Origin: Octopus sinensis
Taxonomy: Eukaryota
Assembly (NCBI RefSeq): GCF_006345805.1
Contig: NC_043004.1
Span: forward strand, 48,174,001-48,238,000
Direction of reading: 5' to 3'
Length of the DNA stretch: 64,000 bases
Shown here: piece by piece, positions 25,250-39,124 of the stretch
How the letters are laid out: each line of letters starts with the position of its first letter
Position numbering within the stretch: position 1 is the stretch's first letter
Made by a program: the position numbers and the translations under genes
The notes under the pieces: generated by a model
Told to the model about the DNA's origin: nothing
The model's database searches: none
Seen by the model: the letters and a program-made list of their open reading frames with translations, nothing else

Positions 25250-26335
25250 GTCTTGGATGTGGTAAAGACCAAGATTCCGGCAACCAGTTTTGACAACTTT
25301 GTGATCTACGCATCCCCTGGAATGGAGAGAGGAGAGGTGTTGTTGTTCCGGAAAGGACTGGATATCAAGGTAAGGCTGATCTTCCTAGACTCGGACGGTA
25401 GGGTGGTGATTCTGGACGTTGGCAGCAGCAAAAGGAGTAAAGTTGTTGCTACTGAGAAAGGGCCCGTACAAGAGGGACCATATCGATAATTTTAGGCCCA
25501 TAATTCTGATAAACGTAGATTACAGATTTTTGACTAAGGTGTTAGCCAAGAGGTTATTGTTGATATACTGGTCGCTTATGAGTAAACATGCGCTTTCCCA
25601 AACAGATCTATCCATTCCGGGCTACATCAGGTAGGCCCCGCCTATGCGAAGTAAAGAATCTGGCATGAATGGAGTCTTGATTGATTTGGATCAAAATTGC
25701 AGGTTTCCAACACAGCGATAGGTTTCGGTCCTATTTTCAGAGGTTAGATCGCGGCAATATATGGCGACGTCTACACGGAGGTCAAAGATGATGACCAACG
25801 ATTGTAATCACTTATTAACGCGTGTTTCGGTCCGTCAAGCATGCCCACTCCCCCCCCCCCCTCTGTACTAGCTGGCTCTCGAGTGACTGCTACGGAAGCT
25901 GGGTGTTTCGATGCGCATCACACGTGATCTAGGATGCAGAAGATTGTGTCAATTTATGTGAAGGACGTCACCGTAATAGTTCCGGATGTCTCCGAAATTC
26001 AGGTGATCAGCACTATCCTAAGGTAGTACGAAGCAGTGACAGGAACAAAGATTAATCAGAAGTCGGCGGTACCTAGAGACGCAGGTCCATGCCGCCCAAT
26101 AGCGTCGTAAGACGCTGGACGGAAGCAACAGTTAAATTGCTCGGGGTCTGGTTTGATCCGAACCTCCAGGTTTACAAGAAACGTACGATCGGGGTGGCTT
26201 GTCTCATCCAGAAGTGGGCCAAGTGGAAGCTTTTCGTGAAAGGTGGGGTGGAAGTGGAAAATGCATATATCGCTTTTGTCATCCACCGCTGCATGACCGT
26301 CGATCCTTGTTCTGCTTCATTGCTGATCAAGTTGC
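25250..26335 (+). mobile_element. L1/Tx1-like LINE ORF2 remnant, heavily deleted
   Basis: DSDGRVVILDV (endonuclease), DNFRPIILINVDYRFLTKVLAKRL (RT), homology to 34505-36310. Confidence 0.7.
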
Positions 26336-26527
26336 TCACAGCCCTCTCTCAGTCGAGCAATGCGTCTGACAAAATGCTCCAATTTTACGTTCTGAGTTCG
26401 AATTCCGCCGAGTTCAGCTTTGCTTTTCATCCTTTCTGAGTCAATGAATTAAGTACCAGTTGCGCACTGGTGTCGTTGCCTTACCATTCCTCTCAAACTG
26501 TCATCCCTTATGCTTATAGTGGATGGA

Positions 26528-26905
26528 AGCACTCCGTCGGTTACGACGACGAGGGTTCCGGTTGATCCGAATCAACGGAACAGCCTGTTCGTGAAATTAA
26601 CGTGTAAGTGGCTGAGCATTCCACAGACACGTGTACCCTTAACGTAGTTCTCGGGGATATTCAGCGTGACACAAAGGGCCACAGCCGGTCCTTTGAAATA
26701 CAGGTACAACAGAAACAGGAAGTAAGAGTGAGAGAAAGTTGTGGTGAAAGAGTACAGCAGGGATCACCACCATCCCTGCCGGAGCCTCATGGAGCTTTAG
26801 GTGTTTTCGCTCAATAAACATTCACAACGCCCGGTCTGGGAATCGAAACCGCGATCCTACGACCGCAAGTCCGCTGCCCTAACCACTTGGCCATTGCGCC
26901 TCCAC
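26528..26905 (-). mobile_element. tRNA-derived SINE, family C (also 33481-33861 -, 37390-37563 -, 38033-38235 +, variant 44870-45180 -)
   Basis: Head gtggaggcgcaatggcc(c/a)agtggttagggcagcggac...ggtttcgattcccagaccgggcg with Pol III A/B boxes; multiple dispersed copies. Confidence 0.85.
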
Positions 26906-27949
26906 ATGCTTATAGTACAAAGGACTACTACCACCACTACTACTATTACTGCTGCTACTACTACTAATGCTGATTTGGTAGCAGTGACGACCATCTGCAC
27001 AAGTACTTTTTCCTTTTCTTTATCAGTGCTGTATTCAACCCCCAAGCCCTGTACATTTTCCTTCCTTCTCCGAACGTCGGCCGTTTAGAATTCCCTTCTT
27101 GCGTATGTTTTTCCAAAAGCCGTCCTCTTCCTGCTGTTTATACAGTGCATTGCCAGCTTCTTCCTCAAAATCCATGGATAAGCTCCTTCTTCTAGATCAA
27201 CTAAAATCGAAAGCTAAGTAAAAAATATTTTAATGTTTATAAATAAAAGGGTTAAACTGCGTACGTGTGGAAAACTTCAAATTGCTTGTTTGTTTTTTAG
27301 TTAATTAATTTGTCTATTTCTTTGTTTTGTTTTCAGGGAGAAAAATGCCGTTAACATGTAACAGCTAAAAAAGTAAATTTTGAAAGCCTATACTTAAAAG
27401 GAACTAGAGAAGCTCATAAGATTTATAGATCGTAAAATTTATTCTCGGTAAAAAGAAGTTGTTGGTTTTACGAAGTTGAAAGAAAGCGTTCACGTCAGAC
27501 TTTGTTAAGTAATTTTCCTTTGTCATATCTTCGCTTGAGTGTCAAAAATACCAAACCAGAATGTTGTATTATACAAAATCAGATTAATGACCACACCCAA
27601 AAATTTATGCATTTACCTAATATTGACATGTGTGCTTAAAGGTTTTCCTTGCATATCTAAACATCTCAAGGTTTATTCTAGTCTATTATTAATAGTGGGG
27701 AAGATAACACCAGAGAACCGAGAAGTAGCGCAGGGGACGCAACTACCACAACCTCTATCTCGACAGGCTCGGGCCGAGAAATCGCTAGATACCCTAGACA
27801 GTAGCCAGAATATAAATGATAGCAGACCGATAGAATATATCTAATACGAGCACCACTAACATAGATAATGATAAAAGGGATTACATATTTGTAATTATGG
27901 AAAACTAAAATCTGTCCCTTGGATTCACAAAGTTTGAGGAAGAACTTAA

Positions 27950-28339
27950 GGATCTTTTCGGTTTGAACGGCAGTTTTTAACATAATTTCTAGGTAACTAA
28001 AAGATTTTAAACTTCGTATACTGGTAGAATGTGTTTATAAAACATCTTTTTCTCTTGGCTTTATTGAGAAAATTCTATAGTTTGTAAGATATTTGTTGGG
28101 TTTTTTTTTCTTCAATTTCTGAAATTTCAACCAATCGGTGACGTCTATTGAGGTAAAAAAAAAACCAACATTCTGTGCCGTATGAATATGTCCCTCGTTT
28201 AAGAAACAGATTGGGTTTATTTACATTTGTGAAGAAAAAAAGATACCCTGCCTCCCACCCCGATACTAGGGTCATAATTATGGGTGACAATTTCATATGA
28301 CACCGCTAGAAAAAACTGCCGTTCAAACTGAAAAGATCC
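27950..28339. mobile_element. MITE, 390 bp, 28-bp TIRs, 8-bp TSD
   Basis: TIR ggatcttttc(g/a)gtttgaacggcagtttt (27/28 match). TSD gaacttaa at 27942-27949 and 28340-28347. Confidence 0.9.
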
Positions 28340-28814
28340 GAACTTAATATATCGATGTAAGATTAAATCGGGGGGAAATTCTTACATCTCTATTGGTAGT
28401 GGGATCTCGACAGCTTTAAATCGAGACTGGCAAACACGTAAGTTGTTTAAGGATAGAAATAAGATGAACAGGACAAGCTTAAGCAAGTTCATCTGGTAGC
28501 TTAAGACAAACGCGAGTTAGAATGGGATAAAATTAGTACAGGTACACTATACAGAACAGGGGAAAAGTTATGTGGTTTGTGCATAGAAGAAATGCACCAG
28601 ATTTTTACATCGAAATACCAGGCTAGAACAGGCCTTGAGATGTTTATTCATGCATGGAAAAATCTTTAAGCATTTTCATACTGGTATCAAGTGAACTGAT
28701 ATCCTATACACAAGAGGGAAAGGCGGAATGGAGGTATAAGTCGGGACATTATCTGGCCTAAATTTCAACAAAATAGCATGATAATCACTAGCTTGTAATA
28801 TTTTCCTTTCTCCC

Positions 28815-28923
<109 letters not shown>

Positions 28924-29663
28924 AAATCATAGCAGCATATATACGTATGGAAACTTATTAATGACAAAAAAACTCAACTAGAAAGTGCACAACCACTAAA
29001 TATATGGACAGAACTCCGTCGACGTAACTGTTAAACATTAGTTCAATTCAATCTCCTTTCACACTGGGAAAAAAAGCCTGTTAAAACACGCAAATATACA
29101 TTGACCTAATTCAACATACATTCAACTCCAAATTTCTTCACTGCACGGCTGTTAAATTGAGGTCACCCTAAAAATAAAATTTATAGCCACATGAGATTTC
29201 AACCACCTATCACTTTCTTTGGTATCTTAAACTAACCACAAATAAAGAAATTAACTCAGTTCGCTTCGAGCCACGTTTGTTGAAGACCCTAAATGAAGGT
29301 GCACAGAAGAATTTGCTGAGTTGTATGTGCAACTGCACATACTGTGTGGCAGTAGAAAAACGTGTCGGTCATTGTAACCAAATAATTATGCTGTATGACC
29401 AACTATAAAATTAAAAGAAAAATCTGATGATGTGCCAGTCTCCGTATTCTTTATAATTGCTTGAAATCTACATTCCGGATGGTATTCATAATCCAGAAAA
29501 GCAAACCCGGAGTTACTCGTCAGATGAATTACAGCGAAGTTGCTAATACCAAGGGACTATTGACACTTAGTATTACTTGATGAAGTTATCAGTAACCTGA
29601 AATATATCTGAAAGCTACCACGGTACCCGCCCGCGTAATTTTATCCTTATACATTCCACTCAC

Positions 29664-29751
<88 letters not shown>

Positions 29752-29849
29752 CACTTGTCTGTGTGTGAATGTGTGTATGTATACATATTTGCTTTATTAT
29801 GTTATTGGTTAAAGTCATCAGGCTGCAGCGGTGCTGAACGACCACCTTC

Positions 29850-31125
29850 ATGATTTTAATCGTTCTTGGTGCTGCTACGAATAGTTATTGCCAGCTGATG
29901 CTCCTTATCGTATATGGCATTGCAAAGTCTATGGTCTCATGCTGTTTGTTTATTTTCTCCTCTGTGTTCATTTCTGGTTTCCTTGCTTCAGTAGTATGTT
30001 CGGTCTTTATGGAAAAGTCCCAAGAGATTCTATTGTTCTTCCTTTTCTCTTTGAATCTTCCTACTATGTCAGTAAATTTTAGGGCATCTCTAGCTGCCAT
30101 TGGTATTCTTTCTTTACTTCGCACAACATAATTTTTCAACCCTAATATCGCGGTATTAACCTTGTCTTCTACGTGTAGTAATCCTGTCTCCTTCCTTTTC
30201 TTTTTTTTTTTTTTTGGTAGGTAGAGTCTATCGGTATAATTTTTAGGGTGGTGTATGTTGTGCATTGTGAGCAGTATTGTAGTTCTTCTATCCAAGTTCT
30301 CTAGCTCGGCTTTTATCCATTTCAGAAAGGGAGCAAAGAATCTCAATACTAGCAAGCCCGTGTATTTATTACTTTAATTATATTTCCTCTATTTAATTTT
30401 GTTTCGATCATCTTCCTATCTCCCCTCTTGTACTCTTTAGAAGTATAATTAATCTGCTACGAGGCCAATTAATAACATCCAGTTTGATGGTAAACATACA
30501 ACAGGTCTATAATTGCTGATTTCCTCTTCTTTTTTTTTTTTGTTTTGTCCTTCTGTATCAGCACTATCCTTCCTTTTATCATCCTTGTTCTCATTCCATT
30601 TTCTATGCAGTAAAAATAGTTGTATATGATTGTTAACACGCGGAAGATTTTTTAGCCAGAATCAACTGAACTCAATCTGGTCAGGGGACTTCACAGTTTG
30701 GTATTTTCTTTATCATCTATTTCACTTTTTTGTTTGTAATTGTTATGTTATTGTTTCTCTTTCAAATTCGCGCAACCAGTCTTCGGTTATATTATGTTAG
30801 ACTTTCTTTGCTCCAGATTTCTACTCAGAACCTTCTTTCTGTTTCAGTATATCCTCTTCTTCAGATGCTCTTCTTCCTTGTTCCGTTGTTTATATAATTT
30901 TAGAATTTTCTTTCGTTGTTCCTGAAGAGTCTATTTTACTGAAAATTATTTGTTCTTTGTTGGTATTTGTATTGCTTCGTTTTTTACCTGACACTATTAT
31001 CGTTGTTGTTATTTCATATACGCACAACATATTAGACTCTCGAAAAAGAAAGATTCATAACATAGGTTTAACCTTAGATGCCAAAAACTCTCCTAAGTAT
31101 TCTAGCTGTCCCTAATAACACTGTT
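29850..31125 (-). mobile_element. R4-like LINE remnants
   Basis: WIKAELENLDRRTTILLTMHNIHHPKNYTDRLYLPK...GLLHVED (29885-30355); C-terminal remnant near 31000-31120. Confidence 0.7.
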
Positions 31126-31209
31126 TTCTGTTAATATTTAGCAGAAGTGACAGGGTGACTCAAGGTCCGAGAATCTCCTTCGTTGGCACTTATATATATA
31201 TATATATTT

Positions 31210-31294
<85 letters not shown>

Positions 31295-31623
31295 TATTAA
31301 ATTAGAGATAAAACCACTATTAGGCAAATCAAACAATGAAAAACTTAAGCCAATACATAAAATTAATTAATTTATATTATATATATATATATACCGGAGT
31401 AAGCACATAAATGTGAAACAAGGTGGAAAAAAGAGTACTCAAATACCAGAAGTAGAGTAATATGCTTTATTTAAAAGCAGCAGAAATATAACAAAAGCTG
31501 TTACTCACGAGTTTCACGTTCCCGTTCATCGGACGGTTTTAACAAAACTGTCCGACGAATGGGAATGTGAAACTCTGGGTAACAGCTTTTGTTATATTTC
31601 TGCTGCTTTTAAATAAAGTATGT

Positions 31624-31738
31624 ATATATATATACATACATACATACATACATACATACATACATACATACATACATACATACATACATACATACATACA
31701 TACATACATACATACATACATACATACATACATACATA
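31624..31738. repeat. (TACA)n microsatellite
   Basis: Seen directly in the sequence. Confidence 0.95.
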
Positions 31739-32184
31739 ACGAACCTCTGCACAGCTTTCCCCCTTCCGAATTCCCCTCACGCGATAGCAATCAAGTGGAA
31801 ACTGTTATAAATAGCATGTTTTGTAAGCAATAGGATCAAAGTTGTTTGCCGGAACGAATCCCTTTTCAGGAAGTTTTGCACATTCCTTTAACATCCTCGC
31901 CACTGCTAAATATACAGTGAACCTGTGAAGATGTAAATTTGCGGCGGTGGTATAACAGAAACAATCGGAAGTTGATTATATCTTCTCTTCTTCCGGTGAC
32001 GATAAAATAAATATCAATTAAGTGCTGCTTTCAAGTAAGTTGATGAAGTTGTGTCTTAAATACTTGTCAATCAACTACATACACATACACGCGCACTTAG
32101 ACCACACCTCTGCAAAATTCACTTAAAAATTTTTTTTGCGTCGTAAAAGCTATGAGAAAATAATATTGAAAGAAACCAACTTAC

Positions 32185-32293
32185 CCGTTTAGTTGTCCAC
32201 AATGTAATGACAAACAATCTTACAGTTGAGCTAATATATACGTATTCAATGGTTAAAAAAATAATAATAACCTTGGATTCGAAGTCACGTGAC
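32185..32293 (-). promoter_or_regulatory. Candidate core promoter and short non-coding first exon
   Basis: GTCACGTGAC 32284-32293; TATATATT 32240-32233; TCATT with its A at 32208; donor CGG|GTAAGT at 32184. Confidence 0.3.
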
Positions 32294-32356
32294 CTACAAT
32301 TGACATTATTTCACGCTAAAGTTTGGTGATAACGTTTCAGTATATATTATATCATT

Positions 32357-32587
32357 TCTTCTTCTTCTTCTTCTTCTTCTTCTTCTTCTTCTTCTTCTTC
32401 TTCTTCTATTTCTCATTATTATTATTATTATTACTGGTATTTTTTGTCATGCTCTTCCCCTCCTTTTCCTCCTTCTTCTTCTTCTTTTTCTTCGCCTTCT
32501 TCGACTGCTACTACACTACTACTTTTGATTTTCTTCCTTTTTCTTCTTTTAATCCCTCTTCCTCTTCTTTTTCTTCTTCTTCGACTG

Positions 32588-32635
<48 letters not shown>

Positions 32636-32710
32636 TTGTTAATACTAATACTACTAACACTTCTAACACTACTACTTTTACTATTCTTCTTTTCTTCTTT
32701 TCTTCTCTTT
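32357..32710. repeat. Compound (TTC)n/(TTA)n/(TAC)n low-complexity tract
   Basis: Seen directly in the sequence. Confidence 0.9.
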
Positions 32711-34468
32711 TCCGTCTTCGGAGAAAATGCGGTATTTTATCCAGTCCTTTGTGTTTTGAGTTCAAATCCCACTTAGGGCAATTTTGCTTTTCATTCCTCC
32801 GTACTTGATAAAATAAAGTACCAACCAAGTACTGGGCTCCTATTATACGATTGACCCTATCTCTTCAAAGTTGCTTACCTAGTGACAAACTTAGAAACAA
32901 TTACAAAAGACAAAGCAATGGAATGGCAACATCGTTACACTGACGGTCAGAATGCGATATAGCATACCAGGCTCAAGTTCTGCAGACTTTAGCTTTGCCA
33001 TAACAATAGCAAGAGATAGAAATCGCTATTTCGAAGACATCCTTGGTCACAGCTCCGAGAATAGTCGAGGGACTAACCGTGTTCTAGGTGTCATGAGTTG
33101 ATAACCAGTAAGCCGGCCAAGATAAAGGAGGCCCTTTCCATTCATAGGAGAGGGCCTCCTTTGTCGTCTGTCACCACATCATTTTGTGGTTGCAGACGAC
33201 AAATGGAGAATAGAGAAAGATGGTAGTATGTCGAGTAAAATTTTTAAAAGTAAAAGGGAAAATCCGAACAAAATATGTGTAAAATACACGAAAAAGACTC
33301 CTCTCGTCAAGGGACAATATTAAGTTTGTGATCCTGCAAATAAGCAGCATAACCTTGAGCATGGTAAAGTGCAGTTACAAGGATAATGTGCTAAATGGGG
33401 AGAATATAATATGACGTGAGTTTAAAAGACATTAGTCGATAGGAAGGTATTGAAAGTGACTCGGATGATCTTTTTTTTTTAGCACTCCGTCGGTTACGAC
33501 GACGAGGGTTCCGGTTGATCCGATCAACGGAACAGCCTGCTCGTGAAATTAACGTGTAAGTGGCTGAGCACTCCACAGACACGTGTATCCTTAACGCAGT
33601 TCTCGGGGATATTCAGCGTGACACAGAGAGTGTCAAGGCCGGCCCTTTGAAATACAGGTACAACAGAAACAGGAAGTAAGAGTGAGAGAAAGTTGTGGTG
33701 AAAGAGTTCAGCAGGGATCACCACCATCTCCTGCCGGAGGCCTCGTGGAGCTTTAGGTGTTTTCGCTCAATAAACACTCACAACGCCCGGTCTGGGAATC
33801 GAAACCACGATCCTACAACCGCGAGTCCGCTGCCCTAACCAGTGGGCCATTGCGCCTCCACACCCGGATGATCTATAACTCCGTAAAACAGCAATTTTCT
33901 GAGAAGGCTTAATTCTCTTTCTCCAAGTTCAACGCAAGACATCTTCTCGTAGTCTTTGGGTGCAGCAAGTTCTAATATGTGACGTAGCAAGTTGGAAAAG
34001 CCGTGGGATACTCTAACCCAAGCAAAGGGCTTCTCACTTGTTTTTGAGCAAGTTGTGGTAATTGTTTTGCTGTTTCTTCAAATCATATCTTTAGACATTT
34101 TCTTTGTTTTTATATACTTATCTAAATATTTTGCGTAATTATTTGCGTAATTAAGAAAACTTTAATATAAGTTAAATTTGTGAGACGTGTCAGATCCTAT
34201 TATTTTTATATAACTTTGTCTCGTGTCTATTCAAATTTTTGTATGCTTTTTGGAACAAGTCTATTGGATATACGAATGTGGGTTGTTGCAAGATAGTTAT
34301 TATTACCAAAGTCATCATTATTATCATTATCATCATCATCATCAAATTTTTAGACTTGTCCCTACACTTAATGAATTGCATCTTTCAACATTACGTTCAT
34401 TTTTATATAGTTTGTCCGACTAATTTAGTATGTATTGAACGAATGAATAATACATATAAATGCATTCA

Positions 34469-34504
<36 letters not shown>

Positions 34505-34516
<12 letters not shown>

Positions 34517-36308
34517 GCTGTTCTCAAGGCAGCCGGCTTCGGTCCAGTCTTCCGCGGGTGGATCGCTGCTTTATACTGCTTTATACAGCAACATCTGCTC
34601 GGTGATACGGGTGATGCCCTCTCTCCTCCCTTTTGTACATATTGACTCTCGAGCCATTACTGCGCAAGTTGGAGGCTTTGAGGGGTATCCCGCGCGATCT
34701 AGGAGGCGGAAACAGCGTGTCTGCCTATGCCGACGACGTCACCGTGATGGTGTCGAGCCACAGGCACATTGGCCTGATTGGCGAGACACTAAACGAATAC
34801 GAAGCGGTGACAGGGGCAAAGATTAACGCGGAAAAGTCTGTGGGCTTGCAACTGGGCACCTGGAGAGGCAAGCCCATGCCGTCCAACAGCGTCATAGGGC
34901 GCTGGACAGACGGACCCGTTAAACTGCTCAGGGTCTGGTTCGGTCCGGACCTCCAGGTGGATAAAAACTGGGAAGAAGTGACGAGCAGGGTGGCACGTCT
35001 CACCCAGAAATGGGCCGAGAGGAAGCTGTCCCTGAAAGGTCGAGCGGAGGTGGCGAATGCATACATCGCATCCGTCATCTATTACCTGCTCTTCGACTTT
35101 TTGTGGAAGGGTCAGGTGCCACTGGTCAGGCGATCCATCTGCTGTCAACGACCGCTGAACGGAGGCCTTGGCATGTCGTGGTTACTGATGCGCAGACATG
35201 CGCTCAGGCTGCGACATCTCAAGCGTTTCCTAGACGGTGATCAGGTGTGGTCGTCTTTTGTCAGACGCGACTTTCCGCAGCTCGTCTCTTTGACAGAGCT
35301 GCAGACCTGGATCAAACGTAGACCGAGAAAGGGCGCTTGGCACCTCGAGTGCCGTCAAGCTCTCTCCGCCCTCCGTCAGGCGGGCAATGCGATCGGTTTT
35401 AGTTCCACTCGCGTTCTATAGAGGGTTAGTGGAGGAAAAATGCGACAACGTTCTCGGGGAAACTCTAGGCGTTGATGATAACGAACTGAGCGGTCTGTTC
35501 GGAAGGACTTTCGGGCCGGGGCCAATGGATAATTTCCAGAGGTCGCTCGCCTGGCAGTGCTACCGAGGGGCTCTGCCTGTTCGGGATAAACTCTACCGGC
35601 ACGGAAGTCCCATCAGCCGGGCATGCCCGAGGTGTTGCCAGGACGACGAAACCGTTCTGCACGCACTCGTCCAGTGCCCGAGTATTGCTGAACTATGGGT
35701 TTATGTCGAACAGCTACTGTAGCGTATAGGACGGATCTGGCTATCAGCCGAATCCATAGTGAAGATTGCCCCGCCGACCTCCTTTAACAAGGAGGGCGAG
35801 GCCGTTTTCCTGTGCCTAGTGGCTGTGGCGAAAGAGATTGTATGGTGGACCCGTTTGAAAGAGCTAATGTCAGACACTTTCCTCTTTGATCAAGGCCTCA
35901 TCAACTTTTTCAAGTTTCACTTGAAAAGGAAGATGAGGTTAGAGAGGAGAGTGCTGTCCTATAGCAAGTTTTCTGAAAGGTGGGTGAATTGTGCGAGAAT
36001 GGCCAGTATAAATGGACCAATTCTCAGGTTTCGCCTGTGATTGAAAAAGGTTTTATAAAAGGAGAAAGGGGCTCTCTACCCACCTTTTGACCAGGCTCCC
36101 GTTGGCTTTTATGGTTTTTTTTTCCACCAGGAACCTTTCGAAGCGCCTCCCCCTATTGGGAGTTTTTCATTGTTACAATCTTTCGTTGTTAAACAGTTTT
36201 TACTCGAATTTTTTCAAAAACGGACAAAACCCTTTGTAACCTTTCGTCCTGTTTTGTTCCTTTATGTTTACTAATCATGTGTGTCAGCCCTTGTGGCCAA
36301 TAAAAATA

Positions 36309-36310
<2 letters not shown>
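34505..36310 (+). mobile_element. Tx1-like LINE, 3' half of ORF2 plus 3'UTR (other 3' pieces 42956-43175, 62270-62765)
   Basis: SAYADDVTV (RT), GGLGM, CPRCCQDDETVLHALVQCP zinc finger; ends aataaa + (TTA)n. Confidence 0.9.
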
Positions 36311-36354
<44 letters not shown>

Positions 36355-37291
36355 ATTATTATTATTATTATCGTCATCATTATTATCATTATTATATTTG
36401 CTGCGAAGTACATCGGGCGAGTTTTCGAACGCTCCAAGTAAGTCCTTTTGAAAACATTTGTTTACACCCGTTTGGTGCCGTTTTTCGGTTTACAGTTTGT
36501 TCCAAGTTGTTTATAGAAACACCAGGCACCTGTCAATGGGTTTCGGTGTTTATTTGGCCCAACTTGAAAGAGTTAAGAAAAACTGCTCCTCTCGCAGGTC
36601 TAGTAACTGCTGAAAATTTCCCTCCCCTTCCTTCCGTTACCGACAACAATACAGGAGATAGAGAGGAGAAAAGGTGGGGAGAAAAAGTACAAAGTCCACT
36701 TTGCAGTAGTAGCAGTGACAACCTTCACAACAGCAGTGATAACAGAGACAGAGAATGACTCCCAAGTGGAGTCCCAGGTTGAAACAGAGGAAGAGTCTCA
36801 GGTTGAGTCTGGGCATGAGTCCCAAATTGAAACAGAAAATGAATCCCTGTTTGAGATGGAAAACAAGATAGATGATGGTACTGCTGAAATATCCGATATC
36901 ACTATAGTCAGGAGAAGGCAAGTCAGGTAACTAGGTTAACTCCGGCATAAAATCTGTGTTTTTCAATGGCTTTCACTATAGCAACTACTAGAGCAGAAAA
37001 GAATATTTACAATCGGCAGTCAAATGTGAAGTTAAGCTCTTAATAGAATAAGTATATACTCTTTTCCTCTTCTCCTTGTTTCAGTCCTTTGACTGCGGCC
37101 ATGCTGGAGCACCACCTTTAGTCGAACAAATCGACCCCAGAACTTATTCTTCGTAGGCCGAGTACTTATTCTATTGGTCTCTTTTGCCGAACTGCTAACA
37201 CACCAACATCGGTTGTCAAGCGATGGTGGGGGAAAACACACACACACACACACCCACACACACACACACGCACACATACACACACACACAC

Positions 37292-37330
<39 letters not shown>

Positions 37331-37962
37331 ATCACGTGACCGACCAGACCATCAGATGTTGCTACACATCGCTGGTCACAATGCGCTTGAGTGAGAGAAA
37401 GAGTAGCAAAAGAGTACAGCTGGGATCGCCACCCCCTGCCGGAGCCTCGTGGAGCTTTTAGGTGTTTTCGCTCAATAAACACTCACAACGCCTGGTCTGG
37501 GAACTGAAACCGCGATCCTACGACCGCGAGTCCACTGCCCTAACCACTGGGCCATTTGCGCCTGATATATTGATTTTTTTACAATGTGGATGCTTCTATG
37601 AAATAATTCAAGCTACATGAAATAGCAGCAAATCTTTCCTCAAATCACAGTCAACGTTCTTAAAAAGTAGAGGTGAAAATAAATGAAAACACGTACACTA
37701 GAAGACGAGTTGGTGATGACTCGAATGTCTTTGAAATTTAACTCTGCTCTATCAGATCTGATAACAAGAAAGAAAGTACACGCCCGTCTAATATTCAAAA
37801 ATAAAAATAAAAACAAAAACACTGGAATTGTCATGAAAAGGAATTTTGTATAACTAATAAGCTGACATCAATGCGATGTTAAAATACCTCTAAAAAAATA
37901 TCAACGTCGTCATTGTCGTCTTCGTCGTCGTCGTCGTCGTCGTCGTCGTCATCGTCATCGTT

Positions 37963-38014
<52 letters not shown>

Positions 38015-39124
38015 ACAACAACAACAACAACAGTGGAGGCGCAATGGCCCAATGGTTAGGGCAGCGGACACGCGGAGGATCGCGGTTTCGATTCCCAGAC
38101 CGGGCGTTGTGTGTTTATTGAGCGAAAACACCTAAAGCTCCACGAGGCTCCGGCAGGGGTGGTAGCGACCCTTGTTGTACTCTTTCGCTCCAACTTTCTC
38201 TCACTCTTTCTTCCTGTTTCTTGAGCCTGGATGCGCATTCATCCATCCGTCGATGCTCACGGTGTCGGGGGTTGACCTGCTTTCTCTTCTGCGGGTTTTA
38301 CGAACAGCAAAGGACCACGTTTCGGACTTCTCCCACTACAGACAATCCTGAGGCGCGATCTTGCGAGATCTGGGACGAAGACCGCTTCGCTCAACAAACA
38401 AACAAACAAACAAACAGCAGCAGCAATAGTAGTAGTGGTAGCAACAACAATGCGAGAAACAGCAACAACTGCAACAGTGGTGGTGGTAGTTACAATAGTA
38501 GCAGAGATAGCATTTTTGTTAACAATGCTGCGGATTTTAGCGGGGAAAAAACAGTGCTACAATTGAAGGCGGAGTGGAAGGAAATAGTGGTGATGGTGGT
38601 GGCAACGGTTGAAGTGACCTTAACTCCACCAATAGGAACAGCAGCAGCAGTAACAACAAAAACAACAGTAACAACGACGACAACAACAAAAACAATAACA
38701 AGAATAAAAGGTTTACTGATGTAGCGAACACAAAGAGAGAAATGTTTGCCATCGCACTCGATGACAAAACGCATGAACTCACAAAAGCGAAAAGCATCAT
38801 TAAATTTGAGTGGGGAAAGGTAACAGAGCTCGTACCTCCCGAAATAACAAAAGCAAACGACAAGACCTACAAAATCTATTTTAGATGCGTATCAGGCAAA
38901 AGTAGGAGAGCTGAATTAGTTTCCATCAGTCACGTTGAGAAGGACCTCAGAGAAATTTTAATAGATGTGGTCCATATACAGAGAGAGAGAGAGACAGTTT
39001 GCCAGCATTAGGGTACTCATTAAAAAATTAAGGACCTCGCACGAAGACACACGGTGTCACCCTGGTGGACTGTATCCCACCTGCCTCTCAAAGAGAACGA
39101 CCAGATCTAGGGAAAATTATTATT

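Noticed and set aside
31971-32009. Minus-strand YFIVTGRREDIIN resembling the ANL GR..D motif, and the nearby short frame MLKECAKLPEKGFVPANNFDP
   Set aside because: Flanking residues show no ANL similarity and the frames are short; treated as chance.
38033-38110. tRNA gene-like sequence
   Set aside because: It is the tRNA-derived head of a multi-copy SINE that continues into a SINE body.
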